The notes under the pieces were generated by a model. It had not been told where the DNA came from and searched no databases. It saw only the letters and a program-made list of their open reading frames with translations. The translations under genes were made by a program, and so were the position numbers. DNA of 64,000 nucleotides, taken from the human T2T-CHM13v2.0 reference genome, Homo sapiens. The stretch is from NCBI RefSeq assembly GCF_009914755.1, contig NC_060944.1; one strand, 5' to 3'. Below, piece by piece: positions 1 to 14,185 of the stretch (positions are counted from its first letter, which is position 1; every line of letters begins with the position of its first letter).

Positions 1-1064
1 TTGTACCTGTTATGCCCCAGGCATTGTGTTAGCCACAATGCCCAATCTATACAGTTCATGTCCCTGAGGAGACTCCAACTACTTAATGGTCTTACTGTCA
101 CTCAGACTACAGTCAGACTTATTTACTTCTAGAATTTTTCAGTAATGTTTTTGTCAAACTTACAATCCTCCAAGTTTGGAGCCAAGTCCATAAAACAGAA
201 GTATGTCAAGACAATGTCAATCAATTCACTGGTTCAGTGACAAGACTACCAGATGATGTTTTTGGCTAAAAATTAGCACTCAAACTCATAAACAAATGGA
301 AACAGTCTACACTCTAAAATTAGTTCTGATTTTCTCCTAGATTTCTTGAGAGTTTTGTGAAGAGAGACTTTTCTAAAACTGGAATATGATTTTTGCTCAG
401 ATAAATTATGTTGTTCACTTTGCCAGCCTGAGTAGCTTTAAGGGTAGAAGTGGTAACACATGAAGCTCCCTCAAAATTGCTTTCAGGGAGATGAGAGAGA
501 TACTAAAAACAGGGATGGAACTGTTCAATTTTTGGATCTGTTGAGCTGGAATCACGAATCTGCTAACAAGTGAAACGAAGCCATTTGTAAAAGGTTCATC
601 TTCCAGGGAGTCCCATGGCAATTTTAAGGCAGATTTCCCATCGAGACCGTAGGATGTCAATTTATGAAAATTGAACTGGATTCCTGAATCGCTCTATAAA
701 TTTTAACTAAAACAATACTCCCATTTCAAGTATTTATGGCCTCTGCCTCTCTTGGCTTCAGATCGTCAGAAGTACATATTTGGAGGCATTCAGAAACTTA
801 CAAAAACAAAAGCATGCACTTAAAACTTCTTTTTTAAATCACCGACTCACCCTCTAGCTAGAGAAGAAAATCCCAACAAATCAACTGGAGACTTAGCAAG
901 AAAAGAAGTACTGGAGGAGGTTTTAAAAGGGAGCAGGAAAACAGAGGTGAAAATAGCTTCTAAGTCATCAGAATAGATCTTTCTGCATGCAGTGAAAGAA
1001 TTTAGGTGCAACATATATCCTCAAAACCTTGAAAAAAATGTATTAATGGGAAAAGGGGTTTAGT

Positions 1065-1265
1065 TCAAAGAATGTGGATTTTGAAAACACAGTAATGTTC
1101 ACGTTTCAACTTGGCCATTTATTAGCTATGTAACTTTGGGCAAATTACTCAATCCTTTAAGTGCTGGTTCTCCCAATCGTAAAGTGAAGTTTTAATCCAC
1201 TACTTAAGGGTGTTTTAAGGACTAAATGTGATAATATATTTAAAATGTGTTTTGCATGACCTATG
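1065..1265 (+). mobile_element. MIR fragment
   Basis: MIR core-like 'gccatttattagctatgtaactttgggcaaattactcaatcc...tctcccaatcgtaaagtg'. Confidence 0.6.
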
Positions 1266-1409
1266 CCTCTTACACTGTAGCCACAAATTTAATTATTGGT
1301 TTGCTTGTTTGTTTGTTTGTTTCCATCTGGACTAAGTATGAGGATAAATTGTGGTAGACAAGAGTAAAACTGAAATGTAGAGAGGAATGAAACTTCAAAA
1401 TAAATATTG

Positions 1410-1565
1410 GATATATATACATAATAAATATATATATATCGTATGTACACACATATACATGTATATACATATATTATATATACAATATACATACATTATA
1501 TATACATATATACATACACACTTATGTGTATGTATGTATATTTGATGCTATGAATACACATATGT
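1410..1565. repeat. (TA)n/(TACA)n low-complexity repeat
   Basis: Alternating AT/AC tract seen directly. Confidence 0.9.
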
Positions 1566-1594
1566 AAAGCAACAATGCTGTGTAATCACAGGAA

Positions 1595-1815
1595 TATGAG
1601 CACCAGAATTAGATCATTTCTATTTGAGCTTTGAATCTACCACTAACTGTGTTATCTTGGTTAGGTTATATCACATCTCCATGTCTCAGTTTCTTCAACC
1701 TTAAACTAGGGAAATTATATTTGCTACTACAAAAAATTGTGATGGGGGCTCTCAAAGGTAATGAAAGTCAAGTAGTTAGCACCTAAAAAGCTCTCAGTAA
1801 ACAATATTATTATTT
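1595..1815 (+). mobile_element. MIR fragment
   Basis: 'taactgtgttatcttggttaggttatatcacatctccatgtctcagtttcttc' resembles the MIR core. Confidence 0.6.
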
Positions 1816-2509
1816 TAGAGACAACGATGTCCACAGCTCATGATGGCAGTACACGTATAACATTTCGTTTCTGTGTATACATCTGTACATCATGTTTTTG
1901 GGTATCATCCTAATAAATTTAAAAGTCTCTGTTTATCAAATTATAATAAAATTTGATATGATAATTTCTTCTGTCTGTTAACAAAGTCAAAATTTGTCTT
2001 TATGCTGTATTGTTCAGACTCTAGCTTTAAGAAAAGCTAAGAAATTGAGCCCAAAGGGATTCCTCTCCAGCATTAGCCCTTAAATGTATGATTTCTGTAG
2101 CTGGCTGCTGTTTTGTTGTTTCTTGCTGTACATTATCTAGCCTAATGACAAAGCTTAATTAACACATTTTATTCTATTAAAGTGCTTTGTTTTGCAAATA
2201 CATTTGGAGGGATTTTTGTCTTTTACATAAAGAACTCACATTTATTGTGTATTCTTCCCCCTACAATACACACCCTAAAATTTGAATAAGAAACAAGAAA
2301 AACAAGGAGAAAGGCAACTGCCACAGACATTTTATGCAAGCAGAACTGGTTTTGTATCTGATATGTTGAGTAAAGCAAAGCAAGTAAAAGTGGGGGACAG
2401 TGTCATTGGAGATATGTTTATAGCTTTGGGGATGGGGTGGAGAAAGGTCAAGGGGGTTTATATAATCCAGGACAGGAAGAAAGGAATATACTATTACATG
2501 AGCAAAAAA

Positions 2510-2715
2510 ATGAGGAGCACTATTTATCAGACCAGATCTTGAATTTTATATGCTTTATTTCATTTAATCCCAAATCAATTTTGTAAGGTAGGAATTATTA
2601 TTATGACCAATTTATAGCTCAGGAAACTAGATCGTGAAAAGATGAAATACTTGGCCAAGGTCACAGAACTGATTCAATGCAGAATTAGGACTAAAAACAT
2701 CGTCTGCTGAGGTTA
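2510..2715 (-). mobile_element. MIR fragment
   Basis: 'attttatagctcaggaaactag...acttggccaaggtcacagaact' resembles antisense MIR. Confidence 0.6.
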
Positions 2716-3118
2716 GACTCAGCTCCTCTTCTTAATTTTTTTTTTTTTTTGACAATGGCACTTCAAAGTTAATGGCATTTTGTCCATTTTCCTGAGAAGA
2801 AAACAAGGTTTAGATAGCATAAGTGACTTTCCCCTTACTGACAACTGGGAAAAGCCAAAGTTTTGATCCAACTATGTATCTGGGTTCATACTGAGTCATA
2901 GAAAACTACTTGCTATTTTTCTAGCTATGGAGTATCAATATGGTGTGTTGGATTTCCCTTCAAGGGAGTACACTCAATGAACTGCATTCAACTTGGGGAA
3001 AAAAGAAAAGACTAATAGCCAGAACTGAGTGCAAAAAAGTGACATGAGGAAGTTTGTGATAAGACTACTTTTCTCATAGGTGCATGCCTTCCCTTCAGTT
3101 GACTGGTCTCCATGTGTC

Positions 3119-3626
3119 TATATCAGTTAGCGACTGCCAGGTAACAAAATACCATAAAATTCAGTGGGCTTAAGTTGATAACCCTTTAGTGTTGCTCAAG
3201 AGTTAAGGAGTCATCTGGCCACGTCTTCTGGTCTTGATTGAGCTGGCTTACACATCTGTGGTCAGCTGTGGGTCAGGCACAGCTGTGCTGGTGCACACTG
3301 TGCATTCTCTGTGCTTAGGAAAGTCAGCTGTTGGCTAGGATACTTTGTTGCACCTCCAACTGGCCTCTATCTACCAGCTAGCCTCAACTTGTACATAATG
3401 ATGGCAGAGTTCTAAGAACGCAAGCAGATACCACAAAAACTCTTGAGGCCTACATGCGGAGCTAACACACTATGCCTTATCTGTATTTCATTGACTAAAG
3501 CAAGTTGTGAGGACATCCCAGATTCAAAATGATGACAAAGGGGATCCACTGCTGCATATGAGGAGCTGTAATGTCACATTGCAAAGGAGTAGAAAATTTT
3601 TCCTTCTTCGAAGTTAACCTACCACA
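3119..3626 (-). mobile_element. MLT1-family (MaLR) solo LTR
   Basis: Starts 'tatatcagttag...taacaaaataccataaaattcagtgggcttaag' and ends 'ctaccaca', typical antisense MLT1 termini. Confidence 0.7.
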
Positions 3627-4479
3627 CTGCTCTCATAAAAATGATCAGCCAAATGTGTTCTCACTAAGATATAAATGGATTATGGCACTTGTTGCATGAC
3701 CGCCTTGTGAATGTTTGCATTTTTGATGTAAAAGTATTATAGAAAGACTTCTACCATTATTTGATCACTTCTAGCAGCCCCAAAAGACATTTTTGAGATT
3801 AACAAATAACTCTTTTTAAAAATATATGCCTAACAAATATCTATAGATAAATCTCAAAATCTGAGAATGAGGCATAATTTCTTCTCTCTCAAGGCCTACA
3901 ATTAAATGGGAAAAACACAACATTTATAAAAGGGTTAAATAAGCTGGCAGGTTTTTCTACAAATAAGGTAAATACATGTTTACCCTTTCTATCCTTTTGA
4001 TTATACCACCTTACTGAGAACAGAACAGAATAACCAACTCTGGGAAATCCTAAAATAACACTTGAAAAGGAGGCAACAGAGATGAAAAATGGCCACCCAA
4101 TTTCTTGTTTATGTCTTAAGGAATAAAAACCATGTGAAGGACTGGTCTGCTTATTGAAAGGAAGCATCTTGTGGTGTCAGGAAAAAAAGCCCAACTGGTA
4201 GGAGAGGGCTGTGTTGATTAGGGCTACCTCAGAACACATGTTAGACTGATAAGGTCTAGAAAGAGCTGGGAGTTTGTGCTAAGAGTTCCCACTTCCCTTT
4301 CCCTTAAGAAAAAAAAAAAGCTAGCATATATATATGCATATATATAGCTAGTTTTATATATCAAAAGCTATATATCACTTTTTAAAATATAAAAAGTATA
4401 TCTATGTAGATATAGATATCTTTTTATTCAAAGGATAACCATGTTACAAGGAAAAAGACTGGTAATACCAAAACTTAGA

Positions 4480-4925
4480 GGATATATGGAGCCATTGCAA
4501 GTCATACACTACTAATGGAAGAATAAATTGGTAAAACCACTTTGGAAAACTGCTTAATAGTATCTACTAAAATTGAGCATATGCCTTCCTCTTGACACCA
4601 AAACTTCTCTTCTGAAAATATGCCTAATAGAAATGTGCACATATGTTCACTAGTAGACATGTACTAGCATGCATATAGCAGCACTATTTGTAATAGCCCT
4701 AAGTAGGAACCAAACCACACCTGTGCAGGTAGAAATCAGGATAATGGTTACCTTTGGTGAGGAATGTCTGGGAGGGAGCCTCTGGGGGCTTCTGAGTGTT
4801 GACAATACTCTATTTCTTGATTTTGGAAAAGGTGTGTTCATTTTATGGCAATACATCCAGCTGTTCAATTATGATATGTGTGCTTTTCTGTATGTATATT
4901 ATATTGCATTTTTTAAAAATAGCCA
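4480..4925 (+). mobile_element. Old L1ME-type 3' end fragment
   Basis: 'aaattggtaaaaccactttggaaaactg...gcatatagcagcactatttgtaatagcc...tgtatgtatattatat' L1M 3' motifs. Confidence 0.7.
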
Positions 4926-5734
4926 TATTGTAAAGAAGTTAAAAGTCTAATTGAATAAAAGTAAAATGAAAACCCACAGTGCTAAACAAAGCAGAGGCTA
5001 GCACATTGCCAGCCTTCAATATCAGAAGCCAGCAGAGGCATCCAAGAGTTGAATTTCTGTGGGTCAACTGGGACCAAATGCCCTGCATAAGTAGCAGAGT
5101 ACCACAGGCTCACCAACTGAACTTCATAAAACTGGAGCGAGCTGGGTGGGATTTCACTGTTCATGAGGGGAGACTGAAGAAGGCTGAAATTCTTGCCTGA
5201 AATGGTGACTGCAGATAGTTGACTGGTTGACAGAGTGACATATAGCAGCCATGCACAGAACTTGTGGAAGCCTAAGACTGGCTCACTGATGGAATCACTA
5301 CTCCCCTAATAGCTATGGAGCAGAAGTTATGAGACCCAATATAAGTTCTGCTTCTGGACTGAGAATCCATGGGGACTCAGGTGGGGGCAACTGCAAAACA
5401 ACCAGGGAGAAATGAGCAAGAGAAAGACAGAGGGAAATTTTAAAAGACCTTTAAGATAAATATACAAAATAAAATTTCAAAACAAAGGACAAAAATTAAC
5501 AAAAGAAAGTGAATAACAGCAAACAAGTAAGAGATGAAATGACTCTTGAGAGAATGAAATGGTAGCCTACTCAACATAATTTTTAAAAGGACCTTTATGT
5601 CTCTGAGAGATAGAATAAGAAACAACATCTGTAAAATATATTAAAAGTTTTAAAACAAATATATTAAGAGTGAATATGAAGGAAGATAAGATTGAGAACA
5701 GATGAATATAAAACATGGCAAAGGACTAGCTGAT

Positions 5735-5969
5735 AAAAATGTATAAAATACATGCAACACTTTATAATATCCCAAACTGGAAAAATAATCTAAGTATTTA
5801 TCAATCAACTGATGGATATGTTGCTTATCCATCAAATGGAATTTGAGCAATAAAAGTGAACACATTACTGTTATGTAAAGGTAATTACTACAACATGAAT
5901 AGCCCTTAAAGCTATTATGCTAAGTGAAAGGAGCAAGACATGAAAGCCTACCTATCATACGATTCTATT
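5735..5969 (+). mobile_element. L1M 3' UTR fragment, interrupted by the LTR at 5970 and resuming ~6684-6730
   Basis: 'tttataatatcccaaactggaaaa...ttatgctaagtgaaaggagcaagaca...acgattctatt'. Confidence 0.6.
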
Positions 5970-6678
5970 TGCTATGGTTTGACTGTTGCACTCCCTGAAA
6001 ATTCATGTATTGAAACCTAGTCAAAAATCTGATGCTAAGAGGTGGTGGCTTTGGGAGGTGATTAAATAATAAGGACAGAGCCCTCATGACTGGAATTGTT
6101 ACCTGTGTGAAAGAGGCCCAAGAGAAACCTCTCACCACTTCCATAATGGGAGGACTCAGTGAGAAGGTGCCATCTATGAACCAGGAAACAGGCCCTCACC
6201 AGATACTGCATCTGACAGTACCTTAATCTTGGAGGTACTGTCCTGGCTTCCAGAACTACGAGAAATAAATTTCTGTCGTTTATATGCTACCCAGTTTATG
6301 ATATTTTGTTATAGTTTTTATATATATGTTTTATATGTGTTATAGTTTTTTATATATATATAGTGTGTATATATATATAAATATATATATGGTTTTATAT
6401 AAATGGTGTCTAAGTCTGTTTATATATATACTGTTTTTCTATATATACTCTTTATGCATATATGTACATACTGTTCATATATGTGTATATATATATACTC
6501 AGTATATATAGAGTATATATATACACATATATATACTGTGTATCTATGCATATACATACTGTATATATGTATAAATACTGTATATATGTGTGTATATATA
6601 TACCATATATGTGTGTGCATATACTGTATATATATGTGTGTGTGTATATATATATAAATATATATATGGACTTAGACA
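5970..6678 (+). mobile_element. MST/MLT1A-type MaLR solo LTR with a TA-rich expansion near its 3' end
   Basis: Starts 'tgctatggttt'; contains 'ccagaactacgagaaataaatttctgtcgttta'; terminus 'ggacttagaca' at 6668-6678; 5-bp TSD ctatt/ccatt. Confidence 0.8.
6316..6667. repeat. (TA)n/(TATG)n low-complexity expansion
   Basis: Seen directly. Confidence 0.9.
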
Positions 6679-8972
6679 CCATTCATGTACAACATCCAGA
6701 TAAAAGCAAATTTATAGAGAGACAAACTCTTTCACCAGGATTTCTGATTCTCTTATTATCTCTTTGCAAGTACTTTCGAAAGTCTTCTAAAAGTCTTCTT
6801 AGAACATTTTGATATATAAATAAGCAAGAACAAAAATTGGTGTGTATGTATGATTTGTGAGTGATAGAAAGACAGAGACAAATAGAGGGTGAGAGACAGA
6901 GGGAGGAAGGAAGGGAGATATTTGTTATCATTTATCTGATAATATTCAATAGGAACTCTGTTGTTCAAAATTCCTCCCATTTAGATACATGGGAGAAAAT
7001 GTGGTTTAGCCTATTAAGACCCACATGAACAGGCTTACTGCCTTCACTAATGCCAATAGTTTATTGGAAAAGAGGAGGTTTTATCTGAAAGAGGCCAATA
7101 GTTTGCCTGCCTGCATTTTTTCTTTATCTGTTTTTGTATAGACAACATCTTAAAATGTTAGATTTGCTCCACTTGGAATAGTTTCATCTGGAGCAAATAT
7201 ATAGTCCCTTGGCTTTAAAGAATGGGACATTCAGAGCTGATCACACCCTTGGATTCAATAATCAAAATAGCCAAATTTAATCTGAATATGATTAGAGACA
7301 TTGTGTGTCTGCATCCCATGTAAGTCTATTAAGGACTGAGCTTAAGGCATACAACCTAGAGGTTTCTTCCAGTGATTTTCAGTCTTAGAGTTTAGGAGTT
7401 GAACCAAATAGATTTCTATGCAATGTCAATAGATGGAGAGTTCACTTTCTGTCCAAGTCCAAGTAAGTCCACTATGTTGATATCTGGGACTAGGACCAGA
7501 ACCTTGCATGCACTTAATAGTTGAAAACAGAACTTCCTATTTTTAAAAAAAAAATGAGACCAAGGAAAAGGTTTTTCTTTGAAGTTTTCTATAAAACCTC
7601 ATGGGGTGGTTATAAGGATTTGTGAAACATTAAATATCTTTGAGTTTGGAGAATTGGCATTGTAGCAGTACAAAATTGTGTTCCTTTTTTTCTCCTTTTC
7701 TTAATAACCCCATTACATGACCTTCTAAAGTGTTTGTTCCCTTAGGAAACATAAGATGATTTGCAATATTCTGTAATAAAACTTGGAAAAGATAGTCATA
7801 GCACTACTTCAATAATTATGAACATTGCTTTTAGCTGCAATTTTCCAACAAACCGTTCATACAGTAATTGTGAATCCTGGAATAATGCTTTGGCCTAGAG
7901 TACAAATGTCCCCTCATGTTGTTTGTGGTATGGGCTCAGCATTCCTGCTCCTTGGGTATCCTGAAGCTTTGTCACTTGGCACATGAATGATCTTAATCTC
8001 TAAACTGGATCATGAAAACAAACAAGCATTATGGCCTTATTCCTTGAAGTACAGATCTCTTCCTGGCTAGGGCTTCTCCTTCAACTCCAAGAATCATCCC
8101 ACCCTCTCCCAACCGGCACAGGATCAGCTTGTTTGCTCACTGAAGACTCATGCTTCAGTGAATACTGTGATTGAAGTTCCCAGTTGGTGCAGTCAACATT
8201 CCAGTGTTCTGTGATGATTGTGAGCCAGCATCTGTCTGCTGATGGCAATCTCTCCGTGGCTTTCTCACAGCTCCACCTTCCCCTCCACTCACATACATTC
8301 CCCCAACACCAGGGCTCCAAGAGATGTGTTTCTCCAGAGTGACCCATGCACCTACCTGTCATAGAGACAGATTGTTTTCTTGTTAAGAGATGGTCACCAG
8401 GTTACGTCCTCAGATTTCTGGAAGGAAGAATATTTCTCCTCCTTTTTGCTCAGCCAAAGGACTTCTAATTAAGATTTTTTTTTTCTTCTTTTGAGTTTTC
8501 ATTGTCCTCTTGGCAATCAGACAGAACATAGCCTGACCACTTAGGTAACTTTACAGAGAATAAATGAAAGCTGGACAGTTTATGAAAAACTAAGAAAAGC
8601 TGAGCTGCTTGAGGGATTTCTAAAGAAGAACTGCTTTCATGAAGCAGGAAAGAAAGTACAGATATTTGTAATGAAACCAGGAACTTCAGGGCCATTCAGC
8701 CAGAGGCTACAGACCCCCACAATGGTACTCATTTTGGAGACAGCACAATTAATTTCAATTCTACAAATACTGCATAGAGAAACAAAGAGTGAAAAGAGCA
8801 AGAAAAAGAGAGCAAGAGAGAGAAAGAAAGAAGGGAGAGACGGGGGAGGAAAAAATAATAAGAGTAAGAAAAGAGGGGTAAAGGAAGATGAGGATTTCTT
8901 TTCCCCAATTTGCTTATAGCAGGTGTTAAAAACAGTCCAGGGAATCTAAAGAGGTTCAACAAAATTGTATTC

Positions 8973-9104
8973 AGGATGCTGAGATGGGAGGATCATTTGA
9001 GCCTGGGAGGTCGAAGCTGCAGTGAGCAATGATAGTGCCGCTGAACTCCAGCCTAGGAAACAGAGGGAGACCCTGTCTCAAAGGGAAAAAAAGAAAAAAG
9101 AAAA
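8973..9104 (+). mobile_element. Old Alu monomer fragment (AluJ/FRAM/FLAM-like)
   Basis: 'gctgagatgggaggatcatttgagcctgggaggtcgaagctgcagtgagc...gaccctgtctc' followed by an A-rich tail. Confidence 0.85.
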
Positions 9105-9844
9105 CACCTCAAAAACTTACTAAGATGAGATTTGGTGCACACTTGGTGCATGGAGTGTTCCTGTTTGTTAATCTATGCTCAGGGACTTGCAAATTTCAAG
9201 GACAGCATCTATAAACTCATGAGGGTTTGCACCCTAGGCAAATAGCTCTCATGTCACCCTAGTATTCTGCCACTTTTTAGCCAGGCTGATGACTGAAATG
9301 TCATTTTACTTGGTCTTAGTCCTCATCTGGGTGAAAGCCACAAGGACCCTCTTTCTGATGATGTCAGCACAATTTCCAAATATTTTCCCAGCTTAACTCT
9401 GGCATTTTTGTCTATCTTTTTGATGGGCTTTATGAGTCAAGAAAATGAAGAAGCTTTTAATGATTATGTTCTCCTTGGATTGGACTGGGTTGCCATTGTG
9501 ATTCCTCCACACTTGGTGGCAGCGCTGATGAACAAAAACAATGGGCTTTTTTTCTAGGCTTCTTTCAGAACGCCTTAATAGGAAACACATTCTGCATTCC
9601 CCATGTGCATGTTTTCAGTGAAAATCTTTATTTAATTTTAGTAGAGAATTCAGTCCAAGGGTTCTTCCATGTAACAAAGGGTAGTACTGATGGGAACACA
9701 TCCCTGGAGGAAATTTTAGATGTAGATTCCTCAGGGGGCATCTAGGAAAGCAACAATGCTTAGGTCCCCAAATCATGTTGGTATTTCTGAAAAGTGTTCT
9801 GCTCCCCTTGGGTATGGATTTTTTTTTTTCTAACCAAAACAGAT

Positions 9845-10023
9845 AAAGAAGAAAGCAAAGAAAGAAGACAGGAAGGAAGAAAAGAGGGGAAAAAGGAAGG
9901 AAGAAAGAGAGGGAGGAAAAGAGAGAGGAAGGGAGGGGGAAGAAAGAGAGGGAGGAAAAGAGAGAGGAAGGGAGGGTGGAAGGGAGGGAGGGATGAGAAA
10001 GGCATGGAGGGAGGGAGGAAGAG
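9845..10023. repeat. GA-rich polypurine tract with a perfect 39-bp tandem duplication (9899-9976)
   Basis: 'ggaagaaagagagggaggaaaagagagaggaagggaggg' x2. Confidence 0.9.
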
Positions 10024-12999
10024 AATGAAATTCTTTAAACTAATCGTTAATCTTTAGGAATTCATTTTCATTCTTACCTTCACTTTCCAAACAAGAAGTT
10101 CCAATCTGTTCCAATTGATAATTTAAAGGGAAGACTCTGCCAGCTGAGCAAAAACAAAGGGTAGGGGGTGTTGAGAAAAACTTCTTAAATGTTTTGTTGC
10201 AGCCAGCACTGGTGCCTTCTGGATACTAGGGATACCAGGGTCACTCAGGGATATCTAACTTTCTGTTCATTTCTGAGAAACAAACTTCCCCTGGATTCCT
10301 TCTTTCTCTTTGGCTTCACCTAATTCTCCTCACCTGTTTTCAGCAGTGAGGAAGCTCTTTATTTTACCCAGAGTCACTGTTTCCCCCAGCCCTCTTTGTA
10401 ATAGAGAATCTGGATACCTCCACCTGCAGCCTGCCACCCTGCATACTCTGATACTATGTGTCTTGGAAGCTTTGCCCTGAGGAACCATCCAGAGAAAGTT
10501 CAGCCATCCTTTTTGTGGGTTTATGCCCCGTTAAAACTGGGATTGGAAGCATGTTTCCATGTTTCCATCTGTTAATTACCAATACACAGCTTGACATGCC
10601 TGTGGGAAGCCAGGAGCCACTTGGAAAGGTGTGGGCAGAGGATTCATCTCATCCAAGCAGCCCCCTAACACATGACTGCTGCTACGTGTCATTGTATGTA
10701 GTTAGATTGACATGGGCATAAAGGAGCAAAGGAGAAGCCCAATCCCTACTGTCTAAGGAAAGCACCGGTGCTATTAAGCTATTTGAACTTTCCCTATCAC
10801 AGCCTAAAAAGCACTCAGACATTTTTATCAGCATTCCAAGGCAAAGATTCATTGGATAGAGTATTTTTTCCCCAACGTAATCCAGATCTCCCTTTAGAAG
10901 ACGCTGGGAATTTACACGAGAAATGGGGCAGGCCATGAGCAAAACAAAAAAATGACTGATATTCTTCTTCGGCTTTCATGAATTTTTCTTTTAGCTTTGG
11001 CCCCCACCTCTACTACTGATCAAAATTCCAGGGCTTATAAAGTGCTGGTGCTCAGCTAGGATTACGTTAGGATAACAGAAAGTTGAGTCACTACAGGAAG
11101 ACACTGAAGTTGGCTTAAAGGCTTAATTATCTCCACCCAGACCTACATTTATGCATAAAAAGCTACCAAGCTAGGTAAATCTTTAACAGTAGCATGGCAG
11201 GCTGTGCCACACAAAGAATCTTAAGTCATGTAAATCAAATTATAAAGAAGATTTCTGCCTTGATATTTCCAGAAGACCAGTCTTGATCAAAATCTCAGGT
11301 GTCCAGTTTTGGAGCTTCCCATGTGGTGAAATATTTGACAACCAGCTTTGAGGGCTCGTTGCTTCCCTTTGAAAACACCACAGACCTGTGGGATTTGAAG
11401 AGCTATTATCTGAGTCTTAGAGATGGGGGTGACATCCTTTTCCCACTATTAGCCCAATCTCTAATAATTGGCTCCATATAGACTGAATAATTTCTTAACC
11501 ATACTTCTTTTTCAGGTTCCTGTCTCATTTCATCTTGAAATCAGAGTATTAGAAAAATCCAAAGTTATTCAGTGTTTCCTGACTAAGGAAACCTCACAAT
11601 TTCTAAAAGTCAAAAAAGTTCAAATATTCCCCCTATCAACAAGCACACTTGCCAGTGGTATTTCAAAATTAAAATGAAAAACAGTAATGATAGAAGTGCT
11701 GCAGCCTCACTCCTGGCATGAACAAAATGCTAACAAAATCTCTTCTTTCTGCTTATCTTCAGATGCAGGGTATATGCTAATATGTATTTCAGGGCAAACT
11801 AATGTCAAGGGAGGGAAGGCAGTTCCTGTCTTTTTGCTATTTTTTTAAGCAATCCTCTCCAATAGGGCTGCTTCTGAAAATAAGTTTCTAATTAAACTTC
11901 CCATACTATATTGCAGTTAAATAGGGTAAAATTTGCTGTTTGATGTATTGAGAAAGCATGCAAACATTAGAAGGCAATGTGAAGGTTGCTAGAAGCAATG
12001 TGAAACCACAATTTCCTAGGCATTACGAGTAATTATTAGCAGGCAAGTTGTTGAGTTCAACCAGAAAATGCTTTAGTTGTATCTTGTTGTATATCAGGAA
12101 CAGCCTAGGTTTGCATTCCATGTAAAAGGAGAAGAGACCACTGTTCCAGTTGGTTTTCCAAATAGAAGTGAAGAAACCATGAAGATGTCCCTATATCCAG
12201 TCCCTTAGCCAGGATCAGTTCAGTTGGAGCATGGACAGTCAAGGAGGCTGGAGTTCTCCCAGTAAAGGATAGTGTAAGGTTTGGACAATGTGCCTTTTTA
12301 CTAATTTTGGCAAGAACATCTTCCAGTAACAGAAAAGATATTATACATATGGTAAGTAGATGGTTAAAATCCAGTCCTGACTCTGCCTTGTCCTTTTTTG
12401 AATGGGTCAATGTGTCAATTATTCCCTTCTAATGCCTTCTGGGTTTGGGAAGTGTTCAAACTATCTTTCCTTCCTGCTGCAATTAGATTTTTATAATGAA
12501 CACATGTAAAGGCCTGCCTGATGATTCAAAGATATTCTATTTTCTCTTGGCCTTGCCTGACTTACATGTCCTAATGATACCCCTGCCCCGGTATCCTTTA
12601 GCCTTGATTCCCCATGTGTTTCCTTTTCTGGAGATGGCAGAAAGGCTCCTCATTCTGCTTCCAAACCTTGAGCCTGGAAGAAGTTCTCCCAGGTCAAATC
12701 TCTGAGGAAGAACTACCCTACCACTCTAAAGAACAGAGTCACTTTTCTTCCAGCTCTTCCTAGCGTTTCCTTTAAAAAAAAATCCTCTATATCTATGGCT
12801 GTCAGGCAAAGGACTTAAATAAATGAAATGTATATACTAACACTGTTGCTCCTTTAGCCCAACATAACCATGCCTTTTGGCCTTAAAAGGATTAAAAGGT
12901 AATACTCTGTTCCTTGACTCTGGGATACAGATCTATTTTAATAATGACATGTGTCTTCTTATCCCTTGTTCCAGCCTTTTTGTTTTCCTTATATATTAT

Positions 13000-13180
13000 T
13001 GTTATTAAACATACTATTAATTCCACTTGTTTATTTTGTTTCTGTCTCCCCCCACTAAGTTGTAAACTCTGTGAAGGTAAGGATTTTTATCTGTTTTATT
13101 CACAGTTGTATATTTAGTACTTAGAACACGGGTGTGGCATATAGTATGCCCTGAATACATGTTTGTTGAATAAGTGAATT
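13000..13180 (+). mobile_element. L2 3' end
   Basis: 'ctcccccactaagttgtaaactctgtgaagg...atacatgtttgttgaataagtgaat' L2 tail. Confidence 0.8.
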
Positions 13181-14109
13181 CCATAATGTTAAGTATTAGA
13201 TGTGATATCAAGTAACCAGCAATCATCCACTGTATTTACACCACCAGGTCGAGTGCTCAAATACATCAAAGGAATGTGTGACTGCCAGTGTCAGCCTAAG
13301 GCACCTACTTTCCAGAGATAAGAATGGAACCAACTCTTACTCCTTGCTTAAAGGAAGCCCATCATCATTTCTCCTAGATCCTAGGGAGGAGGATCTATTC
13401 CCATGGTTGCCTCTCACTCTGAACATCTGCTTCTCCCTTGGTCTTGGGTCATCTTGCCATATCCCCATTCTGAACCAGAAGGATCCAGATTTTGCATTCA
13501 TCTACAGTCACCCACAGGGTGTTAATGGAAGATTAAGGAGATAATTCAGGACACACACGCAATCCTAAGTTAAATTTTAGAGATAACTACTCTGAACAAA
13601 TTCTTTGGCAAATTTGCCCTATTGCCAGACAATCTTCCTATTTTTCCCGTTTTGCTCTCTGGTCCCTGATCCCAATTGCAGCTTAATGATAGAACTGGAA
13701 CAATCTGAGGAGTCAAGTAAAATGCATCTCAAAAATGTCCATCTCAAGAACAGAAAATGGGAGCATATAGGCACTGGATCCCATGGCTCTGTTGGTCAAG
13801 TATTACCCCCTGGGATATTAAACTCCCTTCCATTCCAGGCTTGCACAGGCTGAGCAGATTGCCAATGGCCAGCCATGCATAAAGAAGCCACAGGGCAGAC
13901 AGCAAAAGAAACTTATCTTGTAGCTAAAAGGAAGTTCTGCCAAGTTACACATGTGCAAAGTATTTCGCCATGGCAGTGGCTAAAATAAAATATGGTCTAG
14001 GGAACTAAGAGGGAAGGTATAAGAGATATCCTTTATAAGGGGAAACTGTAATGGCACTTCCCACACCAGAAGAATTAAGACAATAAGAAAAGAACAATTT
14101 TTTTCAATC

Positions 14110-14185
14110 ATGATATATATTTATATTTATATACATATACATATAAATGTATATGTGTGTGTGTATATATATATGTATTTTTATA
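14110..14185. repeat. (TA)n/(TG)n simple repeat
   Basis: Seen directly. Confidence 0.8.

Noticed and set aside
415-660. 81-aa ORF as a pseudogene or transposase remnant
   Set aside because: No recognisable motif; it would need a tBLASTn/Dfam search.
6326-6812. Overlapping Y/I/C-rich ORFs on both strands
   Set aside because: Translations of (TA)n repeats; the shared MVSKS start reflects the 15-bp inverted repeat.
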